A stretch of DNA of 64,000 nt, taken from the NCBI GenBank assembly GCA_951406725.2, contig OX597831.1:8742001-8806000 (forward strand). The letters run 5' to 3'. The position numbers were made by a program, and so were the translations under genes. Below are positions 30,150 to 41,668 of this stretch, piece after piece. Position 1 is the first letter of the stretch. Every line of letters begins with the position of its first letter. This DNA is from Octopus vulgaris (lineage: Eukaryota). Below the pieces are notes generated by a model that did no database searches, was not told the origin of the DNA, and saw only the letters and a list, made by a program, of their open reading frames with translations.

Positions 30150-30370
30150 TTTTGTACCTTGCAAAGTTCAACAGAAATTAAAGAACGTTTGAAGGGAGAA
30201 TGTTATTGCCCGGAATGTCTTAAATTTCAGCAAGGAATTATTAATGACAAATAGTTGTTTGAAGGAATTCAGTAAAAATGGGAATTGGCATCGATGCATC
30301 ATACAACTCTGAGACGCTGTTGTTATTGATATTTGACCAAACATAATCCAGATCTCAAACATATTCCAAT
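30150..30370 (-). mobile_element. Possible hAT (Charlie-like) transposase remnant
   Basis: ORF 30168-30362 contains SCMMHR followed by ..FFNFC, resembling the hAT HCxxHR..LF..LC region; very decayed. Confidence 0.3.
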
Positions 30371-30948
30371 ATTAGCCATCAATATTTTAGTAGATCGAGG
30401 AAAACGTTTACCAATGGATCCACTCAGAGTTATCCTAAATTAAAAGACTTGAACGTGGAGACTGGGGTGCACTAATTTTCGAGTAATTAGTCATTTTGTT
30501 TGAAGTCGCGTGCACTTCAAGATTAATGAGCTCTAGGTTTCTGAAGATTTAAAATAAAACATAATATGGCTGGATGTTTAACGAGTTTCAAATTTGTTTA
30601 ATTATAAGTGAGAGAGGGAAAGAGAGAGATAGTGTGTGTGTGTGGAGAAAGAGAGAGAGAGAGAGATCGTAACTATCGATTTGCTAAGGATCATGAAGAG
30701 GGAATGATATGTGTATGTTATAGCAAATTTATTCTTTTACAATAATTAGTTAACTATCTTCCTAAACGTTTTGTCATAACCTACCTAATTAACCGAATTC
30801 ACTTGTGTAATTAGCAATGACTTGATAATCTCTTACGGAACAAGCTTATCTTTTTATTTTAATTTTAATTTCAATTTCTTTTAATTGCATCGTCAAAAGC
30901 CTTAAGGAGACACACACACACATATATACACATACACACACATGTATA

Positions 30949-31008
<60 letters not shown>

Positions 31009-31399
31009 GTACAGGACGTCACAAACCGTAAACAACATGAAATACGAAAGCAAATAAGTTGAATACGTAAACAACGAGAGAAACAAATGGGAAACAGGAC
31101 AAATAACATAAAGAACGACCCTTCATCAGTTGTCGGCTGTCCATCAACTCCTCATTTAAAGCACATGACCGAGAAGGGGAGTACTTAACAAAAGGAACCG
31201 ACTACCACTAGTGGACGCTCTATGGTAGTATACTAGAATATTGACTACTTGAAAAGTATAAGAAACGACTGAAGAACGAAAATTTGCTGTTAACCTCAGG
31301 GTTGCAATGGTGTACAAACTGGAATATTGTAAAGGTCTTTGTTCCCGAAATGAACAACAATGGCAAACGCAACAACAACAAGTCACCCCACGATGCGGA

Positions 31400-32058
31400 C
31401 CTGGCAGAAATCACTATTCGTCCATGATATGGGCAATGGTTTCACCCACTCTATTGCAGATGCGGCACAGCGGAGACACTTGTTCATGGCTCCAGTCCGT
31501 GGTCAAAGCTTGGTTATGCGCTGCCACTATAGTGCTCTCGGGTTTTTATTTTAGGCTTCCTTTCATCAGCCAATCCCACCTATTTTTCCAGCAAATTCCG
31601 TTGTGGCTGCATGGAATTGATTCCCTTCTTGCGTGATTCTTCTTCATCTCCTTTTTGCATTTCTTCCTCTGTTATCCCTTTTTTCTCTGCTTTCAATACT
31701 CTCTCATTCCCAAATGCTACTAGCAAGGTTTCGTTATTTTAGGCTTGGCATTTCATTAAGCCCCCGAGTTCGATACGCACGCAGTCTTCTACACTTATCA
31801 GTCGTATTTGCTCTCTTCATGTATAAGCGATCAGTGTCCACAAGTGGATGATGGGCTACATGCATCGTTAGAAGCTTTCTTGACTTCCTGTCAACTTCCT
31901 TTAGCTCCTTCTTCTCTGTCCACTTCAAGATTCCAGCGCCATACCAAACTACTGCGGCTACGCGCGATTTTATTGCCGGAACTGTTTCTAGCATTTAGCT
32001 TTGAAGCCAATACTTTTCTCACTCGCCGCAGGTACTCTCGTTTTGTCTTTTCGTTCAT
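31400..32058 (-). mobile_element. Decayed R4/Dong-type LINE fragment (RT thumb to CCHC zinc knuckle)
   Basis: EYLRRVRKVLASKLNA; YGAGILKWT..LKEVDRKSRKLLTMHVAHHPLVDTDRLYMKR; WDWLMKGSLK; ESTIVAAHNQALTT..PLCRICNRVGETIAHI; abuts (TTA)n. Confidence 0.8.
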
Positions 32059-32083
32059 ATTATTATTATTATTATTATTATTA

Positions 32084-32471
32084 CTAGCAGTATCGCCCGG
32101 CGTTGCTCGAGTTTGTTTCGACCCTTTTGAATTGGATTTTTGAAAAGTAAAAATTATGCATTATGTAGCTTATTATTCTCTTTAAGTGAACATTTTTCTG
32201 GTTGAAATACACTGAAAAATGGCGACACAGCAGTCAGAAAATCATAAAAATAGGGATTTTCATAGGAAAAAAAAGCACCCTTTTGATGTAAATAGCTTTT
32301 GCTGTTAACATGGTCCGATTTGAAATTTTTCTTCTCCGGAATGTAGAGCAAGCCTTCTTCTATCATACTCCCAATTTTGGTCAATTTGCGCCGCAGGGTC
32401 TGTGAGGAGATTGTGTTAGTTGAAGGCTACCAAACCTGCCATACACAGACAACTTCAGCTTTATATATAGA
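32084..32471 (-). mobile_element. Non-autonomous Helitron
   Basis: Minus strand starts TC (a|tctatatataaagctgaagttgtctgt) and ends CTAG|t, with a subterminal GC-rich imperfect hairpin ctcgagcaacgccggg; inserted between A and T in (TAA)n with no TSD. Confidence 0.8.
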
Positions 32472-32699
32472 TTATTATTATTATTATTATTATTATTATC
32501 ATTATTATTATTATTATTATTATTAGCATCTTCTTTCAATTAGCTTCTATTTCTTGCCGTGCGTCTTCCTGACACGTACTCTATACATGGGTAGGCCATT
32601 AAAACAAGCACACCAGATTGTTCATTTACAGAGTCATGCGAAAGAAAAAAACAGGAAGACAGAGAGCGAAAGGAAGAAAGAAGAAAATAGAAAAGTAGA

Positions 32700-32922
32700 C
32701 AGGAGTGGCTGTGTGGTAAGTAGCTTGCTTCCCAACCACATGGTTCCGCGTTCAGTCCCGCAGCGTGGCACTCAGGGCAAATGTCTTCTACTATAGCCTC
32801 GGGTCGACCAAAGCCTTGTAAGTGGATTTGGTAGACAGAAACTGAAAGAAGCCCGTTGTATATATGTATATATAGATATATGTATGTGTGTGTGTGTGTG
32901 TTCGTGTGTCTGTGCTTGTCCC
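32700..32922 (+). mobile_element. SINE family C, 5' half
   Basis: caggagtggctgtgtggtaagtagcttgct..gtgagtggatttggtagac-like body. Confidence 0.85.
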
Positions 32923-33600
32923 AACTCTATCGTGTCTTGATTTGTTCTCTACAGGTGCTAAAACCTTACACCCAGAGATTAAGTGGTCGACTGTTTCTAT
33001 CCCATCGTTGCTGTATCGGCACTTTGGGTCTACACCATTTTTCACCACACGGCCTTGATAGTTCCGGGTCAATAAGCTCTGATCTTGGGCAGCCAATATA
33101 AAGCCTTCATTCTCTGCCTTTAGCCCTGAGCTCCGTAGCTACTGATGGGTGTGCTTCTGGTCTACATCAGCTTGTTTGCTACGGGCCACATATTTGCCAT
33201 GCAGAGGCTTTTGTTCCCACTTGTCAGCCAATTTTTCAAACGCCTTTTGCTTTGCTATTGACTTCACCTTCATTGCAACTACAGTTGCTGCACTTCCATT
33301 TTGCTATTCAACCTGGGTATTATGCATAAACTCACTTGAAACGTTTTTGCGCTCCTTCATAACAGAATGAAGCTTCTTACGTTTTTCATGGTTTTCATCG
33401 AGCTTTATCATCCAGTCGTTAGATGTTTCAAGATATTTTGCCAGTGCAGTTGTGGCGGTTTCAAATTGGATCAAGCCTTGGCCTCCTTGGGCTCTGGAAT
33501 GGTAAAAGACGATCTGCGTCTGCCTTTGGGTGGTGCATCGTATTGCAAGTCAGCAGCTTTCGGATTTTCCTGTCACTCTTCTTTTTTTTTTTATCAAGGA
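32915..33600 (-). mobile_element. Decayed R4/Dong-type LINE fragment
   Basis: DRKIRKLLTCNTMHHPKADADRL; AAQDQSLLTRNYQ..DPKCRY..ETVDHLISGC..RHDRVG. Confidence 0.8.
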
Positions 33601-34349
33601 GGTGAGCTGTCAAAACCGTTAGCGCATCGAACAAAATGCTTAGTGGTATTTCTTTCGGGATTTTATGTTTTGAGTTCAAAAGCACTGACGTCGGTGAAAT
33701 CGACTAAGTCTATTTCCCTGAAATTGCTGGTCTCGTGCCAAACTTGATAACCCCACTTATCATTATCTTTAATTATTATATATTTTTCCCAGTAATCTAA
33801 TGCGAACGTGGATTCAAAATTCCAACTTTGCAGTAGCCTGCGGATAAACAAGTGACTGGCATTACCGCGAAAGAATTATAAGAAGAAGCCGGAAAAAAAA
33901 ACCAAAAACATATTCTTTAGTTGGTCTTAAGACTAAAAAGAATAGTTTCATATTAAACGTTTATTCTTTTAGAGCCAAAATTCGAAAAAAAATAAAAAAC
34001 GAAATACAAGCAAAAGCTAAACAGAAAATAGATTCAACATGGCGTAAAAAATAATATTTATTCAAAAATAACCTTATCGATCAAGAAATATTAACATTAT
34101 CAAAACATATTTTTTTGTTCTTTTTTGTATCCAAGTTAAAAAAAAACAACGAAAAAAAGAAATAAGATGATATTTATCGCAAAAGAAAGGCACTGCGCGA
34201 CTTGCAGACGATAATCGGATTTCGGGGTTAGCAGTTCGATTGCGGCGGAAGTAAAAATTACTTTGAATGTTATAGATACTAGAATTGATTGTTATGGAAA
34301 GAAACTAAATATTTTGGCAACGTCCGAAGCTGAAGAACTAAAGATACAA

Positions 34350-34425
<76 letters not shown>

Positions 34426-34903
34426 GAAAAGTGAAAGAATTAGATGGAACCATAGACTGGTGAGGGTGGTGGAGGCGATCAATATGGACACCATGTAGGA
34501 ATCAGTGCGACTCACAACTTGATAAATACATTGGATAATGTCGCACACTATACTCAAATAGTCTCCCAATCGATACATGCTGTCGCCTCGATAATCGATA
34601 GTTATATTTAAAGCGTTAGACAATACATACAACCACACACACGCACACACATACGCACTCATACACACAAACACGCATACACACACACAAACACACATGC
34701 ATACATATCACACTCGCTCACATATACGTAAGCACAAACTCGAGCACACACATACACATTTTTCTGCCCCCTCACGTATTTTATTTTTACTTGCAGTATC
34801 TCTATTTTTGTAAACAGCGTGTGTATATGTGTGTGTGCGTGTGTGTCTGTGTTTATGTATAAATGCATATATACAAATGTATCTATGTATATATCTGTAT
34901 CTA

Positions 34904-34968
<65 letters not shown>

Positions 34969-35229
34969 CTATATATATGCATATATCTATGCTTATCTCT
35001 AAGAGTGTATGTGCGTATGAGAAACATGTTTACCTTCAAGGATGATGTATGTGTGTATACATGCACGCACGCACCACATACACACACATGTATATATAAC
35101 ATTCAAAAGCACTCAAAAATGCATTAATATATATGTATATTTTCTGCGTAGCAAAATCAATATTTAGAAAAAAATTATTAGCAGTCTTTCAAGGAATGTG
35201 CCCTTAGAAGATAAAATTCAGCTTTTAAG

Positions 35230-35270
<41 letters not shown>

Positions 35271-35322
35271 GCATACATATGTGCATACATGCATACACAC
35301 ATATATATGTGCATACATGCAT

Positions 35323-35361
<39 letters not shown>

Positions 35362-36719
35362 AATACATACAGACATACATGCACACATACATATATGTGT
35401 TTGTGGTTTGTGTAGTATATTTTGTTTACGAATTTCATTCCATGTCACACGAGTTTTATGCCTGTCAGTGCTCTACAGATAGGTCGCAACAACTTTAGAA
35501 TCTTTTTCTCCTTCCGATATTCTTCGAGGAATATCATTTGAGATAATTCAAAGAAAAACATCATTTCATGAAAACGTTTTCAATACAGCAGTAAGGCTTG
35601 GTGAATTTCCTTTATCGTATTTCCAAGAAAATAAATTCATTTTCTTTACTTTCTGTAATGATATAGAACCGAGACGTGGGGATTTTATTATATTCTTGTA
35701 TTTTTTTCTATTTGAAGGCCGCATTAAATTACGTGTAAGTTAATAAGGCTGCATGAAAGGAAAAAAATCGATAAATATTTGAAAATGCAATAATAGATAT
35801 TTGTTGTGAAAATGCAATTATAAATAGCAGAAGTATCTGTGGAAAATCCGTGATTATTGCGAAGGCTGTAGAATTGCTGCAGGTTTATAAAGAATCATGA
35901 AACACGTAATTCCTTTTGAAACTACTTTTTCTGAAGTGTTTTGTTCTTGAGACATGTTAAGTCCACATAGATAGTACTGAGGGTAGGGTAGGGGGTGGGG
36001 TGGCAGTGTTAGGGTAGAGCATCTCTGAAAACAATACGCTTTAAAGTTTCTTTGTGTTTTTTGGCCTCAGTCAATGGAGAGTGGCCGTGCTGGAGCACTG
36101 ACTTGAAGGGTTTAGTCCGTACTAATCTTTGAAGTTTATTTCTTATTCTGTTGGCCAAACCGCTTTATTACGGGGACATAAGCAGTCAACCTCTCCCTGC
36201 TCAGTTTGATGTAAGCAATTACTTTGCCTTACCGACTACAATACCTCTTCTAATTTTGCAGATGTTATCTATTATTTCTAGCATTCCGTCATGAGGTGAA
36301 CGAACAACTTTCTGTTTCAGTTCTCTTTACTTTTGATTGTCTTTACATCATTAGAATTATCGAATCTGTGTTGAGATAACAATTTATATAGCAAGCGCTT
36401 AAAATATTCCAAATAATTGGTAAGGATTTAACAGCTCTTAATATGCAGATAGAAGAGAAAAGTACAAATGACTGAACTTGAACCCACATAACCAATGATC
36501 AAAGTGCAGGGCATTTCCTGATGAAGTGAATCTTACGAGTTCTTTTCCTTTTATAATTATCACTGATTCTAATTACATAACTTTAGTTGTCGCAATATTG
36601 TTATATAAAAGTTATCGAAACGGCTGTAGCAGCAATGAGTTATAATATGCCCGCGCATACGTGTGTGTATTGTACATTAAAAACCATACACACACGTACA
36701 CGCTCATATATGTATAAAT

Positions 36720-36727
36720 GTGCGTGT

Positions 36728-36787
<60 letters not shown>

Positions 36788-36801
36788 GTATGTATATATA
36801 T

Positions 36802-36832
<31 letters not shown>

Positions 36833-36938
36833 TGTATATATATATATATATGTATGTATATATGTATGTATATATATATATATGTATGTATATATATATA
36901 TATGTATGTATATATATAAATATATATATATATGTATG

Positions 36939-37019
<81 letters not shown>

Positions 37020-37031
37020 ATATATATATAT
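36720..37031. repeat. (TA)n/(TATG)n microsatellite
   Basis: Direct reading. Confidence 0.95.
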
Positions 37032-37430
37032 CTTACCAACAATATATATAAAAAGAGACCCACAGAATCATATACTGTGTGTATAATCCATTTACTTTTC
37101 GATTTCGTTCCATAACCAAAATTGCTGCTGATCGGTGCAGAATAAAATAGATTACGTAAGAAATAGGAATGTAAAGTGATCTTTTAATAGGAGTGTAAAC
37201 TGATCTCCGGAAGGAATCAATCAATCTTTCGATATCCTATGTTGTTATGTGTCTGACAGACAGTCGAGGCCTTGAGCTGGCACCGTCTTTAAAGCGTCGA
37301 AAGAATGCTTTGCAGTATTTTCCCAACTCTGTTACGTTCTGAGTTGAAATCCTACAGTGGTCGATATCTTTCGTTCATACGAGATCGATAAAATAAAGTA
37401 CCAAGTGGTCAGGTCGATGGTATCATCTTA

Positions 37431-37655
37431 AGGTGGCAGAATCGTTAGCACGCCGGGCGAAATGCGTAGCTGTATTTTGTCTGCCGTTACGTTCTGAGTT
37501 CAAATTCTGCCGAGGTCGACTTTGCCTTTCATCATTTCGGGGTCGATAAATTAAGTACCAGTTACGCTCTGGGGTCGATGTAATCGACTTAATCCGTATG
37601 TCTGTCCTCGTTTGTCCCTTCTGTGTTTAGCCCCTTGTGGGTAGTAAAGAAATAG
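37431..37655 (+). mobile_element. SINE family B nested within an older family B copy (~37270-37710)
   Basis: Near-identical to 18153-18384; diverged TSD-like ggtatcatctta / ggcatcaactta. Confidence 0.85.
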
Positions 37656-39055
37656 GCATCAACTTACCTCTACCCACAAATCTGCTGTCCTTGTGCCTAA
37701 ACCATTTGTCATTATTTATCCTTACGTCAACCTGAATCGATCAGTGACAATCAAATCGTGACTCGGCCGCCATTTACTTCTGGCAAAGAGAGTGTCCAGG
37801 ACTGTATTGTCCAATACGCCATTTCTTCTTTTTAGTCGTAGATGTCATTTCATGGCGATTACTTCGTTATTTCTACAGCATTGAGGTTACAGATGCGGCT
37901 TGTATATTATGTAGCTTTCGTTTGTGTGAACTTACGCCAAGGGTCGTCACTGAAAGAAATATCTGGAGAATTATTGTAGGACAAAAGAACATTCAAACTT
38001 AATAGATAATATTAATTAGAATGTATATTTTAAATATAATTGGAAAATAGTTCAGTAACGAAGTCTTTTAAATGAACTTTATATCTAAACCGACTTCTTC
38101 AATGTATATTCACCGCCACACCGCTATTGTCTCTCCCTCTTTCAATTCTGGCAGCTTTCTCTCTCTCTTTCTCTCTATGTAATATATACGAGTTCGTTTT
38201 ATTAATGTCATATGCATGCTTATATGTGATAAGTGTGTGTGTGTGGGGGTATGATAATAGTTATCGTGGGCCTAATTTCCATACTTTTCAGTGTATAGTA
38301 TTCGTAATTTACCGAAGTCTCGTGTGAAAGATAATTATTGTCTGAAAGTTTAAGACGGTCATTTGGGATATATTTTCCAGGAGAGACTAATGACACAAAC
38401 GGAAATCTCCCGAGCTATTGTTGCTTGTGACAGGTGGAGGAGCCGGGTGGGGGACGTAAAATACGATGCAATTAGTTGAGAAATGTAACAAGAAATATTA
38501 ACTAGAATTACTGCTTTTTAATCTTATTTGAACAATGAAAGACTACATTAAAAGATAATCGCAATTAGAAGAATGATAAATTGTATTTATTTCTAATTTG
38601 TAAAGCAGCCTAACGAAAAAAATTGCTTATAATCATTTCCATTTAAGAGAATTTTTTACAAAAGATAGATTTTAATTATTTTCTTTGGTTTGGCAATTAG
38701 TTTCTAATTTAGAAAACTAAATACAAACTAGAAATGTTTGATTCAATAAACTTACCCTCTTCTCGAAATTTTTAATGCAATTAGAGATGGTTTTGTTGAA
38801 GTAATATCATTTTGTGGAATGTAAATACATATCTTTCGACGTAGAATTGTGATGAAATATAATATGAAAGATTTCCCATACATGCATACACACACACACA
38901 CACGCACACACGCACACATACACACACACGCACACATTCATACATACATGCCTAAATTCGTATATAGATAAATAATACATGTGTGTTTGTATGCATTCGT
39001 GCATGTTTATATGTATGGGCTCGTGTATACATAAATACATACATACATACATACA

Positions 39056-40846
39056 ACCTGGACCTAGTTACAACATTCTCAAAGAATGTAGGGTTGGAGT
39101 TTGGTCAGGATAAATATTGTTATATGGTTGTGAAAAAAGGGGGGGGGCGGAAACTATAAACCAGACTAATAACATCTCCATCAATGATTTGACTGTTTCC
39201 TTTGTTTCTGAAGAAGAATGTTACAGGTATCTAGGGGTGGATGAAAATATATCTTACAATGGCACCTGTAACAAAACACTTCTCACTAAAGAATATTTAA
39301 GGCCAATGAAGAAAAACTCTCTGCGTTCAATAAAACAGTGGCCCACAATGTGTTTGAAGTGCCAGGACTCATACCAACATTTGAGCTGCTTGATTGGACG
39401 CTTGATAGGATCCGAGTCATTGATGTCAAAACCCGAAAAATACTAACAAGCTCACAAATTTCCACATAAAAAGTGACATAGAGCGCCTCAACCTAAAACA
39501 AAAACAAGACAGCAGATGCTTAACATCGAACCAAAATGCCTTTGAAGGTCACATCATATCCCTTTGGCAACACTTTTCACCACCAGGCGTCGAAGTGCAT
39601 CCCTTGACCAAGTTTGCATACATGAATCTGATAACTTCATAAGACTTGGAAGGCAGCTCCTTGAGCAACACTCTTTGTCTGATAATCTAGAATACATGCC
39701 TAAAGAAGTCGCATGACTCGACTGCAACATATCATCAGATGAAAGAATGAGCCTATATGAACAGAAGACTATGCATGGATATGTCAGTTGAAAGCTCTGA
39801 GATAATAGTAACATCGATCGTCAAAGCAGTTTATCATGGACGAATAACCGGATTACTACCTCCCACTTTGAAGAGTATGCGTTTGCAATCCAAGAACAGG
39901 AAATATCAACCAAGTGCCTAATGCACAAAAGGGATAGAGATGTTGGAAAAACAGTAAAATGTGACAATCGATGCATACTTTGTGGAGTTAACACCGAAGA
40001 TATCACCCATATCATAAGCAGTTGTCCGAAAATGTCATCACGGTTTTATCTACTGATGAGACATGATGTTGTACCTAGGATACTCTATAATGAAATCCGT
40101 TGGAAGGATAATCACGAGGACAAAGAAATAAAAACCCACAATATGATAGAAGCCATAGCCACTCATAATAAAAAGGAAAACTGGTGGAATGTACCAGTGA
40201 AGACCTCAATAAAATGTAAGCACAACAGACCTGATATAATGATTTGGGATAGAGAAGAGAAACGGTGCACAGTTGTGGAAATTAGCTGCCCAGCGGATGT
40301 TAACATAAAGCTGAAGATCAGTGAAAAAGAGAACACCTACACTGGACTATTAAGAAATTGCAGTTACTCTATCCAGATTACCAGTTCAGGTTTATACCTG
40401 TAATTATTGGGGCCCTGGAATATGTAGCACACTGCGTAAATACCAATCTTGAGAAATTAGGCTTCTCAAAACCAGAAAGGAGAAAGCTAATTCGAAGACT
40501 ACAGATCAAATCCATCACTGGAACTGTAATAATCTGTAAAACTTTGCAGAAGTTTATCATTTAAACATATATGAGCATGTCTAGATATGTAACTATATGC
40601 ATGAGAATACATACAAATCTGCACATACATATACATACATACATACATACATGCATGCATACATACATACATACATACATGCATGCATGCATACATACAT
40701 ACATACATACATACATACATACATACATACATACATACAAAATACCCTGTTGTTGATGCTGAAATTCCAATGAAGGAACCTTGGATCTAGGAGAGAAACC
40801 GGTTCTTTCTCTTTTGGCAAGAAATCTTGAAATAAACTGAATAATG
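39056..40846 (+). mobile_element. 5'-truncated RLE-type non-LTR retrotransposon (RT C-terminus, CCHC knuckle, restriction-like endonuclease, 3' UTR), frameshifted
   Basis: YRYLGVDE; FAIQEQEISTK; CILCGVNTEDITHIISSC; RHD; HNRPDIMIWD..VEISCP..KISEK (PD-(D/E)xK); IPVIIGAL; flanked by (CATA)n. Confidence 0.9.
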
Positions 40847-40884
40847 ACATACATTCATACATGTATCTCTGTATGTACGGACTT

Positions 40885-41550
40885 ATATCACATCACACTC
40901 CGGAGGCTATCCATTTGCTATCCAAGAATAGGAAATTGCTTCTAAATACCTAACAGAAAAATAAGCAGCGAATCCCTTGGAGCGCCAAGATGCAACCGAA
41001 AATGTAGATTATGTCATATTTCTGTGGAAGACATGACATTAATGAATTCATACACAAGCGTCAACACAAAAAATATTGCTGGAACATTCCTATCAAAACC
41101 TCTGTCAAGTGAAATTATAACAGACCGAATATTGTTGCTTGGGATAGACAAGAAAATGTATATACCGTCACAGAAGTCAGCAGCACTGCTGATGTGAATA
41201 TCTCTTTGGAAATCAAAAAGGAAGAGAATAATTATGGACAACTACTTCGAACCCGCCATCTACGTTATATCCAGATAAGAAACTGTCATTTATATTAATT
41301 GGGGCACTTGGTTTTGTGAGTAAATGCCTAAGTAACAATCTCAATAAATTAAGATTTTCAGAAAAAGGAATCAACCAACTCGCACATTACAAATACAATC
41401 TGTAAGTGGAACAGTAATAATATGCAAGATTTTTATCAAGTTTAAAATGTTTTTATCTACATTGTCACAATGGAGCTTTGTATCTTTGTTAGAAATGAGC
41501 TCCTTCCTCAATGGAAGAATTTAATTAATTAAAGACAAAAGCAGAAGAGA
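40885..41550 (+). mobile_element. Older, internally deleted RLE-LINE 3' fragment
   Basis: Nucleotide blocks for FAIQE*EIASKYL, WNIPIKTSVK, IGALGFVSKCL; homologous to 51690-52500. Confidence 0.75.
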
Positions 41551-41611
41551 ACATACATAAATGTATATTGAATAGATATATGTGTATGTGTGTGTGTTTG
41601 TTTGTGTGTGT

Positions 41612-41668
<57 letters not shown>

